Part shown: positions 7,905 through 13,617 of the stretch, one piece after another
Layout of the letters: every line of letters starts with the position of its first letter
How positions within the stretch are numbered: position 1 is the stretch's first letter
Origin: a virus
Lineage: Duplodnaviria; Caudoviricetes
Length of the DNA stretch: 36,868 nt
Direction: 5' to 3' (one strand)
Virus record (IMG/VR): IMGVR_UViG_3300047557_000313
Coordinates: 1 to 36,868 of that record
The notes under the pieces: model-generated
Databases searched by the model: none
The model's input: only the letters and a program-made list of their open reading frames with translations
What the model was told of the DNA's origin: nothing
Translations under genes and position numbers: made by a program

Positions 7905-8512
7905 TGCCAGCCACCTCGCGTACTTTTCCATTCCTGCGTTGCAAAAACCTGTCCTTTGCCCGTGTAGCGGGATCCAGCAAAGTGTTCAGGTAGGAAATAG
8001 TGAGACGGATAAACAGTGAGATCGCTGAACTCATGCTCGTGCATTGTCTGAGTGATTCGTGCTGGCCCAGAGAACTCCCAGGCCATTCTGTCGCCTGGAG
8101 TGTCGTTTTCCAGGTCTTTGATGATCTGACCGATGAACGGATGGCGCGGGACTGATCCGACCACACCGTTTGCAATCAGTCCTGGACGCTTTGTCTCTGA
8201 CTCCCAACAGGCAAAGACATCCGGCTCCAGCAGCCAGTCCTCCAGCGGTCTGACGCACAGACTGTCAGCATCCAATGCGATACCGCCATGGTTGTAGAGG
8301 ATCTCCCAGCGCATACAGTCAGCAACACCGCAAAGCTCTCGCTGACTGAAGTGCCTCATGTGCTTGGCAAGTAGCCAGCCAGATTTGAGGTCGCTGTTAC
8401 CCCAAACTTTGACTTTGTAGTCTGGATTTTTGTCGATCCATGACTGGATCTCTGCGTCTGGACGTTTTGACTCATCGCCAACCCAGACGAAATGCAATCG
8501 TTTCGGTATCAA
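7901..8512 (-). CDS. Glycosyltransferase, GT32/OCH1-like (DxD sugar-binding)
   Basis: IPKRLHFVWVG, NPDYKVKVW, ADCMRWEILYNHGGIALDAD, HPFI, SGP; TTG start at 8512 with GGAGG 8 nt upstream. Confidence 0.85.
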   Translation of the reverse strand: MIPKRLHFVWVGDESKRPDAEIQSWIDKNPDYKVKVWGNSDLKSGWLLAKHMRHFSQRELCGVADCMRWEILYNHGGIALDADSLCVRPLEDWLLEPDVFACWESETKRPGLIANGVVGSVPRHPFIGQIIKDLENDTPGDRMAWEFSGPARITQTMHEHEFSDLTVYPSHYFLPEHFAGSRYTGKGQVFATQEWKSTRGGWQ

Positions 8513-8538
8513 AAAAAGTGCCTCCACGCAGGAGGCAC
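8511..8538 (-). terminator. Intrinsic terminator that also sequesters the GT32 ribosome-binding site
   Basis: Minus strand GTGCCTCC-TGCGT-GGAGGCAC-TTTTTTT: perfect 8-bp stem plus U7. Confidence 0.8.
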
Positions 8539-8580
8539 AACGGGGAGACACCCATGAAGGAGCGCCCCATTGTGCCAGAT

Positions 8581-8763
8581 TTATCGGGCTGACGGAAACA
8601 GCAGCTCAGTTTGTTTTTTTGCGCCTTTGACAAGCAGCTCTTGCGCTGTCATCTCGACTTTGTGTTTTCGTCCATACCCCGGTGAAACAAATTTACCCGG
8701 CTTCATCCAGTGCGGCACCCAGGTGATACCACGAATCACATAGCAGTCAGTAGGCAGTTTCAT
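8581..8763 (-). CDS. Hypothetical protein (60 aa)
   Basis: MKLPTDCYVIRGITWVPHWMKPGKFVSPGY...; ATGA overlap with the MazG-like stop. Confidence 0.7.
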   Translation of the reverse strand: MKLPTDCYVIRGITWVPHWMKPGKFVSPGYGRKHKVEMTAQELLVKGAKKQTELLFPSAR

Positions 8764-9080
8764 ACAATGGTCTCCTTGATGAATACACCGTTTGGCATTA
8801 ACGTGCCTTTTCGGTCTTTGATCTCGTTGTAAGCACCTTCCAAGCAATCAAGCATATCCAGCCCTGCAAGCTCGCAGAAGTTGATCATGCACACCAAGAC
8901 ATCACCCACAGCGTCAGCGGTGAGAGCAACATCTTTTTTTGCAATACCGTCTGCAAGCTCACCCATCTCACTGACCATCTTGAGGAATTGAGCGTTAGCG
9001 GTTGAGTTTGGGATGATCTGTCGCGCTCGTGACCAGCCTACAACTCGGACATACAGCTCATCGAAAGACATTGTTGCCAT
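8760..9080 (-). CDS. MazG-like NTP pyrophosphohydrolase
   Basis: LKMVSEMGELADGI.K.D....DAVGDVLV...CLEGAYNEIKDRKG, the all-alpha NTP-PPase acidic motif; AAGGAG RBS. Confidence 0.85.
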   Translation of the reverse strand: MATMSFDELYVRVVGWSRARQIIPNSTANAQFLKMVSEMGELADGIAKKDVALTADAVGDVLVCMINFCELAGLDMLDCLEGAYNEIKDRKGTLMPNGVFIKETIV

Positions 9081-9258
9081 GATCAGACTCCTTCTGGATT
9101 TTGATGAACTGCGACATTAGTCTGGCCTGTGTTGCTATTTCGACCAACAAACTTTGTGCTTCGTTGTAGTTTTTGTTCAAAAGATGGGTCCACAGATTTC
9201 CATTCATCTGATTCAGGATCAGCCAGTGGCTTGACCAGTCCACCGGATTGCTCAGCAT
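9058..9258 (-). CDS. Possible overlapping small helical protein (66 aa)
   Basis: MLSNPVDWSSHWLILNQMNGNLWTHLLNKNYNEAQSLLVEIATQARLMSQFIK..., amphipathic and protein-like, in a different frame inside the 3' end of 9083..9583. Confidence 0.4.
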   Translation of the reverse strand: MLSNPVDWSSHWLILNQMNGNLWTHLLNKNYNEAQSLLVEIATQARLMSQFIKIQKESDHGNNVFR

Positions 9259-9583
9259 CCCATAGTCGCTTGTTGAACCGGAATGCTCGTCTGTCTTCTG
9301 GTTTGAATGATCCAATCTTTTTCTCCGTGTCATCGTCCATTGTTTTGAGAAGAGCCTTACGAAAGTATCCCACCTCCACATCCAGATAATGAAGGTATGA
9401 CTCCAGCGCCTCAGTCCACAAGAAATCATGCGCTGTCATGCAGTCAAACGTCATCTTGAAGTGTTTTTCTCCGAATGGCTTGAATGGTTTTATGCAGGCA
9501 TCACGCATTGCAGTGACAACGACAGCCGCAACCAATCGCTGCTCTGGGATGCCGTGATACATCTGTTCAATTTCTGCTTCCAT
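9083..9583 (-). CDS. Hypothetical phage protein
   Basis: Start re-called to ATG 9583 with AAGGAG RBS; PEQRLVAAVVVTAMRDA helix motif. Confidence 0.7.
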   Translation of the reverse strand: MEAEIEQMYHGIPEQRLVAAVVVTAMRDACIKPFKPFGEKHFKMTFDCMTAHDFLWTEALESYLHYLDVEVGYFRKALLKTMDDDTEKKIGSFKPEDRRAFRFNKRLWDAEQSGGLVKPLADPESDEWKSVDPSFEQKLQRSTKFVGRNSNTGQTNVAVHQNPEGV

Positions 9584-9779
9584 TGAATAGCTCCTTCTTG
9601 ATTTGTTCTGGGATCTTTGGCAGCGGGAACCAGCCAACAAACCACTGGTCCGTCCCATTCCACCAGTCGATTGTTGATATTCCAGCCCGGTTCAGCAACT
9701 GCACCTTTTTGTTGATCGGGCAGGTGTCCATTGTGCGAAATAACAGCGTTGAGTCCGTCTCTGCGTTGTCTGTCTGCAT
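9567..9779 (-). CDS. Small phage protein (DUF551-like WxPLP motif)
   Basis: Start at 9779 by TAATG coupling; MDTCP..KKVQLL...G....W.G....FVGWFPLPK. Confidence 0.65.
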   Translation of the reverse strand: MQTDNAETDSTLLFRTMDTCPINKKVQLLNRAGISTIDWWNGTDQWFVGWFPLPKIPEQIKKELFNGSRN

Positions 9780-9970
9780 TAGTCGCTCAATAGTGTGCCG
9801 ATAGCGGTTTTTGGTTCCAACTTGCAGAGACCACACATACACTCAATAGGTTGTTCCGGCTGCTCCAACCTCTTGCGTAGGGCGGTGATGGTCTGGTCAA
9901 CGTCAGGTGAATTTGCGCCGTATATCTCCAGCGCATCTAGCGCCTGCTGCATCAATTCGCGGTCAATCAT
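9779..9970 (-). CDS. Hypothetical protein (63 aa)
   Basis: AAGGAG RBS, ATGA coupling; RELMQQALDALE...ITALRKRLEQPEQ motif. Confidence 0.7.
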   Translation of the reverse strand: MIDRELMQQALDALEIYGANSPDVDQTITALRKRLEQPEQPIECMCGLCKLEPKTAIGTLLSD

Positions 9971-10209
9971 GTGTTCTTCTCCTTCAGTTTTGCTTTGATG
10001 GCATCATAAAATGTATGGGCGTTAGCCAACCCACCAAGGCACCACTCTTTACCTGACACTTCGCAATAGGCTTGTCTCAATTCCTCATCCGTCAGCCCTT
10101 GCCATAGCTCGTCAGGTTTCCACGGCAGCGGGTGTCCTGCTGCTTCGTAGGCTTTGTTCCGCCACATTGCCGCACTTTTTTTATAACGTTCACAGTCTGG
10201 GCAGGTCAT
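9967..10209 (-). CDS. Hypothetical protein, WQGLTDEE...KLKEKNT module
   Basis: CxxC at the N-terminus, WQGLTDEE motif, coupled start and stop. Confidence 0.7.
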   Translation of the reverse strand: MTCPDCERYKKSAAMWRNKAYEAAGHPLPWKPDELWQGLTDEELRQAYCEVSGKEWCLGGLANAHTFYDAIKAKLKEKNT

Positions 10210-10433
10210 GATGCGTATCCGTCATGCACTACCTTGTGCAATGCCTCAGTCAAAGCTCCGATCAGTTGCAAACGATCTTGAGTTGCACTGGTCTTAATCT
10301 TGAACTGGCCACGATCTTTCCAAAACAAGATGATGATTGCTGTGTCTGGATTCTCGTCAATCGCTTCGTGCAGCATCTCCGCTGCGGCTTCTTTGTACTT
10401 GTCTGAGATTGTTACGGGTTGTAGTTTGCTCAT
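10206..10433 (-). CDS. Hypothetical protein (75 aa)
   Basis: GAGGAG RBS, ATGA coupling at both ends. Confidence 0.7.
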   Translation of the reverse strand: MSKLQPVTISDKYKEAAAEMLHEAIDENPDTAIIILFWKDRGQFKIKTSATQDRLQLIGALTEALHKVVHDGYAS

Positions 10434-10458
10434 GTGTTTTTCTCCTCAATGAAATTGC

Positions 10459-10536
10459 TCATTTAAAAACCCACCACAATGTGTAAGCAACACCAATTGC
10501 TGTTCCAATAACAGTTCCTAGTATTAAATTTTTCAT
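10459..10536 (-). CDS. Single-TM micropeptide (25 aa, not in ORF track)
   Basis: MKNLILGTVIGTAIGVAYTLWWVFK; AAGGAG RBS, ATGA coupling, AT-rich. Confidence 0.55.
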   Translation of the reverse strand: MKNLILGTVIGTAIGVAYTLWWVFK

Positions 10537-10874
10537 GTGTTCTTCTCCTTGAGTCTTGCTTCGATGGCGCGAGCAAACTCAATATGGCTGTTTGGTAAAC
10601 CATTCTCGTCCAGAGCTAGCTCGTCAATCTCCTCATCCGTCAGCCCTTGCCATTGGCGCGGTGCGGTGGATGCAAGCACTTCTTTGCCATCTGGGTAAAT
10701 GTCCCACTCAGCGCCGCATACGCACAGTAAGGAGTGCGGCTCCTGCTTCTCTGCCTGATCAATTGCAGCGCGGAGGGCGATCACCGCTTCTGCACGTTTG
10801 TTCAATGCGTGGCCCAACGCAGGACTCCATAATTTGAATGCCTCCAGCGCCTGCTTCATTGCGTCAAGGCTCAT
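10533..10874 (-). CDS. Hypothetical protein, WQGLTDEE...RLKEKNT module
   Basis: Start re-called to 10874 (MSLDAMKQALEAF); C-terminus paralogous to 9967..10209. Confidence 0.7.
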   Translation of the reverse strand: MSLDAMKQALEAFKLWSPALGHALNKRAEAVIALRAAIDQAEKQEPHSLLCVCGAEWDIYPDGKEVLASTAPRQWQGLTDEEIDELALDENGLPNSHIEFARAIEARLKEKNT

Positions 10875-11116
10875 TTCTCTCTCCTTGCTCTGATGTTGTT
10901 GGCAAGATAAATGGCGCAAGATGTCCACTCGCCCTCAGTCATTTCGTCAGCTTCAGCATCACACACCTTCGCACACGCCTCACGCTCGGCAGCAACAACA
11001 AGGCTTGCAAACCTATCAAATACATTTACATACTCCAGCCAGTCCATGCTGTCAGAATTAAACCATTCGACTGCTCTTGACTCATGCATCAATTGTTTTA
11101 TTTGTTCATTAGTCAT
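10871..11116 (-). CDS. Hypothetical protein (AAEREACAKVCD motif)
   Basis: Start 11116 with GGAG RBS; FASLVVAAEREACAKVCD...IRAR motif. Confidence 0.7.
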   Translation of the reverse strand: MTNEQIKQLMHESRAVEWFNSDSMDWLEYVNVFDRFASLVVAAEREACAKVCDAEADEMTEGEWTSCAIYLANNIRARREK

Positions 11117-11360
11117 TTTCGTACTCCATAGCACGATCCATCTGGACGTCAATGTTCATCCAATCCTGCTCAGTAGCCTTACGCTCTAGCCACGGAGCAG
11201 GCTTGCCTCTGCGATCACACACCTGATAGGTTGACTCGCTCCAGCCGTAGTAATCCAGATCCGATGCAGCGTTGCGAGAGAAAGATCCATTGACTCGCTC
11301 ATAGCTGACCAGCTTTACGATGCAAGGGATGCCTTGGATTCTTGTCTCAATTTCCATCAT
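11109..11360 (-). CDS. Hypothetical phage protein (83 aa)
   Basis: IETRIQGIPC...SDLDYYGW...DRRGKPAPWLERK; ATGA coupling. Confidence 0.7.
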   Translation of the reverse strand: MMEIETRIQGIPCIVKLVSYERVNGSFSRNAASDLDYYGWSESTYQVCDRRGKPAPWLERKATEQDWMNIDVQMDRAMEYEND

Positions 11361-11548
11361 CTGCGCTCCAATTTTCCGTCTGGGTTAGCAGGATCTGCTG
11401 TCAGTGACTGCGCTGGAACCTCGTAGGTTGACCAGATTGCTCCGCAGTCCTGACATTTTTTTCGTCTCCAGATCCACCAGTATCGAGTGTCTTTTCGTGT
11501 CTCTAAGGTTTTGGATGACCAAGAACCACACTCAACACAAGTGCTCAT
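11357..11548 (-). CDS. NrdR-N-like zinc-ribbon protein
   Basis: CVECGS...LETRK......RRKKCQDCGAIWSTYE matches the NrdR N-terminal zinc ribbon; no ATP cone. Confidence 0.75.
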   Translation of the reverse strand: MSTCVECGSWSSKTLETRKDTRYWWIWRRKKCQDCGAIWSTYEVPAQSLTADPANPDGKLERR

Positions 11549-11705
11549 CCTCAACCTCTACCTGCAATGAATCTAAGACAACCCTGATGTTGACCTGCGC
11601 GTCTAGGGTGGCAAGAAACTTGAGATGATCAGGACAATCTTTCTGGTTCTGCGCCCACTTGAGAGCCTGGAGTGCGATTGCAAGTGTTGATGCTTTGACA
11701 TTCAT
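11532..11705 (-). CDS. Hypothetical protein (57 aa)
   Basis: AAGGAG RBS then MNVKASTLAIALQALKWAQ... Confidence 0.65.
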   Translation of the reverse strand: MNVKASTLAIALQALKWAQNQKDCPDHLKFLATLDAQVNIRVVLDSLQVEVEDEHLC

Positions 11706-11718
11706 GTTGTGCTCCTTT

Positions 11719-11904
11719 TTATGCCGACAGAATATCTTGCAGTTGCTGCACAGATTGGGAACGTCCAAACCACACGCTAATGATCTTGACTCCATTGCTA
11801 CGAGTGACCGCAATCTGCACACCACCACCAGATCTATTAGGCCAGACTTGATGGTTTGGTTTTGCATTAATGGCGTCTACAAGCTGTTTTTCCTGTGGTG
11901 TCAT
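11719..11904 (-). CDS. Hypothetical protein (61 aa)
   Basis: TAGGAG RBS then MTPQEKQLVDAINAKPNHQVW... Confidence 0.65.
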   Translation of the reverse strand: MTPQEKQLVDAINAKPNHQVWPNRSGGGVQIAVTRSNGVKIISVWFGRSQSVQQLQDILSA

Positions 11905-11929
11905 GTTTGCTGCTCCTATTGTGTGTGTC

Positions 11930-11990
11930 GATGGAGTAACTTTACATGAACCTTGCAGACTTGTGTGAACTTTCTGCAAAATATTTTTTA
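11930..11990 (-). promoter_or_regulatory. Putative promoter/operator region for the small-gene array
   Basis: AT-rich intergenic gap with -10-like TAAAGT; inverted repeat ttgcaga (11953-11959)/tctgcaa (11973-11979); repeated tgaac(c/t)tt. Confidence 0.4.
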
Positions 11991-12527
11991 ATCGACAGAC
12001 ACAGGTCTATAGATTTCTTTTATAGCCAGCAGTTGACCCCTAGCCTCTGGTGTGCAATCCCGTCCATCTGTGGCGATGTGGTGATCCCAGATGTCTCTCA
12101 GCCTGGAGTCTTGCTTGACACCTCTCCAGAGCAGCATGACAGCCTGTGCTGACTTTGGATGCTTTGCCCAATGCAACGGATCGTATGCTGGTGTCCTGAT
12201 CTGCCTGACTGCTGACTCTATGATCCGCTGGCCTTCTGGAGTGATCTCTTTCGCCGGTGGTGGCAGCGCAGGTTTGTGTTCTGCCCTGTTGTGTTCCTTG
12301 CAGAGCTTGATCCACTGCGCGAGTGATGGAGGCCAATCCGGTGGATCTGTCCTTAGATGGTCTAGGACGCGCTTGATGACCTCTGGTGGCGTCGATCTGA
12401 GCTGATCCTCCCAGGCATCCTTAGCGGCAGCAATCTCGGCTGGAGTCGATCCAAACTGAGTGAGAACTTTTTGCCTACCCCAGAGCAGACCAAACCGCTC
12501 AATCAACCGTTCGCAATAGCTCTGCAT
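11988..12527 (-). CDS. Replication protein P-like (putative helicase loader)
   Basis: ERLIERFGLLWG....QF.......KDAW...L and DWPPSLAQWIKLC resemble lambdoid P-like proteins; directly follows the O-like domain. Confidence 0.6.
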   Translation of the reverse strand: MQSYCERLIERFGLLWGRQKVLTQFGSTPAEIAAAKDAWEDQLRSTPPEVIKRVLDHLRTDPPDWPPSLAQWIKLCKEHNRAEHKPALPPPAKEITPEGQRIIESAVRQIRTPAYDPLHWAKHPKSAQAVMLLWRGVKQDSRLRDIWDHHIATDGRDCTPEARGQLLAIKEIYRPVSVD

Positions 12528-12793
12528 CTTGCTTGCTCCATGTCAATGATGTTGCGCCCGGTGAGCTGATCCCAGAGATCCTGCTTTTGGGTCTTTTTTC
12601 CTACCCAGTCAGCCTTAAAACCTCTCCAGCCCATCAACACCATGTGATCTAGAGCCTGCTCTAGCGTCCATCCTGCTTTGTGAGCTTCATCCCTGATTTT
12701 TTTCACTACTCGAACAGTGATGATTGCTCGTTTGGCTTTTCTGTGGGCAATGAAGTCATCCCAACACTCTTGCGTGACATCTTCTGGTTTCAT
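12503..12793 (-). CDS. Stand-alone C-terminal domain of a lambdoid replication initiator (O-like)
   Basis: ATG 12793 with CAGGAG RBS; KPEDV..ECWDDFIAHRKAKRA.IT......I.DEA.KAGWTLEQAL......GWRGFKADW pattern; no N-terminal HTH. Confidence 0.65.
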   Translation of the reverse strand: MKPEDVTQECWDDFIAHRKAKRAIITVRVVKKIRDEAHKAGWTLEQALDHMVLMGWRGFKADWVGKKTQKQDLWDQLTGRNIIDMEQARCRAIANG

Positions 12794-12869
12794 GGTTGCT
12801 CCTGTGAGAGTGCGTAGCATAGTGCTTTCACTGCTCGATGAGTGATGATTTTTTTGTATTGATTTCTGA

Positions 12870-13160
12870 TGATCTATAGCTTTATTTCTACTTAGGTATA
12901 GATCCCCCAGGGTGGTAGCCATTGTCTAGCTTCCCACCTCTCCCACCACTGCCTATGCTGACAGGGCCAGAGTACCTAGCGGCTGCGATTCATCCATCAC
13001 TGCTGGGTCTACCACCCTATCAGCAATGATGTTGTCCAGTACCTCGCAGAGAGTCTGGTCGGCAACAATTCGGGTGAGGATTGGCCGGTGTTTTCTTCCG
13101 CGCAGCCCATGCAGGCTCTTGCTGTCGTGCGGAGTACGCCCAGCAGTTGCTGGGATCGAA
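12870..13160 (-). ncRNA. Candidate large structured RNA / replication-origin element
   Basis: At least seven hairpins and two long-range loop pairings; stem mismatches are G-U wobbles on the minus strand; no ORF of 60 aa or more except an RBS-less in-frame extension of the O-like ORF. Confidence 0.6.
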
Positions 13161-13166
13161 TAGTCC

Positions 13167-13439
13167 TTACTTCATTGACTCATCAACAGGCTTTCCACGC
13201 TCAATGCCAACACGATGCTTGATCTCAATGGCATAGTAGGTAAAGTCAAAATGACCGTGACTGATTGCATTGGATGCGTATTCCCTGCATCTCTCGATGG
13301 CCGTTTCTAAGCTGTCGTGCAGGAATTTAAACTTTGCTGATTGACCAGACTCAGATCGCATAAAGACTGCAAACTTAGGGTCTGTCGCACTGTGCAATTG
13401 CTGCACAGTCTTTTTGTTTGTACTAGTCTCGCCTTCCAT
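13167..13439 (-). CDS. Hypothetical protein (90 aa) embedded between two structured non-coding blocks
   Basis: ATG 13439 preceded by GAGGTAAGG; MEGETSTNKK...KFAVFMRSESG...HDSLETAIERCREYA...YYAIEIKHRVG. Confidence 0.65.
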   Translation of the reverse strand: MEGETSTNKKTVQQLHSATDPKFAVFMRSESGQSAKFKFLHDSLETAIERCREYASNAISHGHFDFTYYAIEIKHRVGIERGKPVDESMK

Positions 13440-13475
13440 GACCTTACCTCGTGCGGTTGACTTGGAGTGGCGCGG

Positions 13476-13584
13476 AACAAACAAAAAAGCCCTTAGTGCT
13501 ATCCCCTCGATGGAAACCCAGACCGGAGAGACTGGGCGAGAGGTAGCATTAAGGGCTTTCAACTGTCGGTTTCCATGCCAACAG
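13476..13584 (-). ncRNA. Structured leader RNA (hairpin, multi-stem, pseudoknot) ending in a U-tract
   Basis: 5' hairpin CTGTTGG-CATGGAAA-CCGACAG; long stem AAAGCCCTTA/TAAGGGCTTT with nested TGCTA/TAGCA, CCTCTCG/CGAGGGG, CCCAG/CTGGG; loop ATGGAAA complementary to the TTTCCAT bulge; followed by a U-rich tract. Confidence 0.7.
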
Positions 13585-13588
13585 AGCA

Positions 13589-13617
13589 ATCTTACAACAT
13601 TGGACGACACATTGCAA
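13589..13617 (-). promoter_or_regulatory. Sigma70-type promoter for the replication-region transcript
   Basis: TTGCAA-17 nt-TAAGAT, placing +1 near 13582 at the start of the leader hairpin. Confidence 0.7.

Larger units (their letters stand above)
9967..10653. repeat. Dispersed short direct repeats at gene junctions
   Basis: tcatgtgttcttctcctt at 9967-9984 and 10533-10550 (identical) and 10430-10446 (one mismatch); tcctcatccgtcagcccttgccat at 10082-10105 and 10630-10653 (24 bp identical). Confidence 0.9.

Noticed and set aside
4285-8512. TET/JBP-type DNA hypermodification pathway (methyl-C, hydroxymethyl-C, glycosyl)
   Set aside because: The MTase has DPPY/FxGxG amino-methyltransferase motifs rather than the C5 PC motif, and the oxygenase looks P4H-like. 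Not the preferred reading, though only chemistry can exclude it.
9967-10653. Repeats as a CRISPR mini-array or att sites
   Set aside because: Irregular spacing of hundreds of bp, located in coding junctions, and no cas or integrase genes.
12794-12922. 43-codon N-terminal extension of the O-like ORF from ATG 12922
   Set aside because: No clear RBS, it overlaps the pseudoknot arm and AT-rich tract, and ATG 12793 has a good CAGGAG RBS; it cannot be fully excluded.
13040-13166. Group I intron-like words on the plus strand (gcagagag, gaatagtcc)
   Set aside because: No convincing P7/P3 pairing, no interrupted host gene, and the wobble pairs favour the minus strand.
13440-13610. N-terminal extension of ORF 13167..13610 in the track
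   Set aside because: It runs through the promoter and the structured leader/terminator; ATG 13439 has its own RBS.
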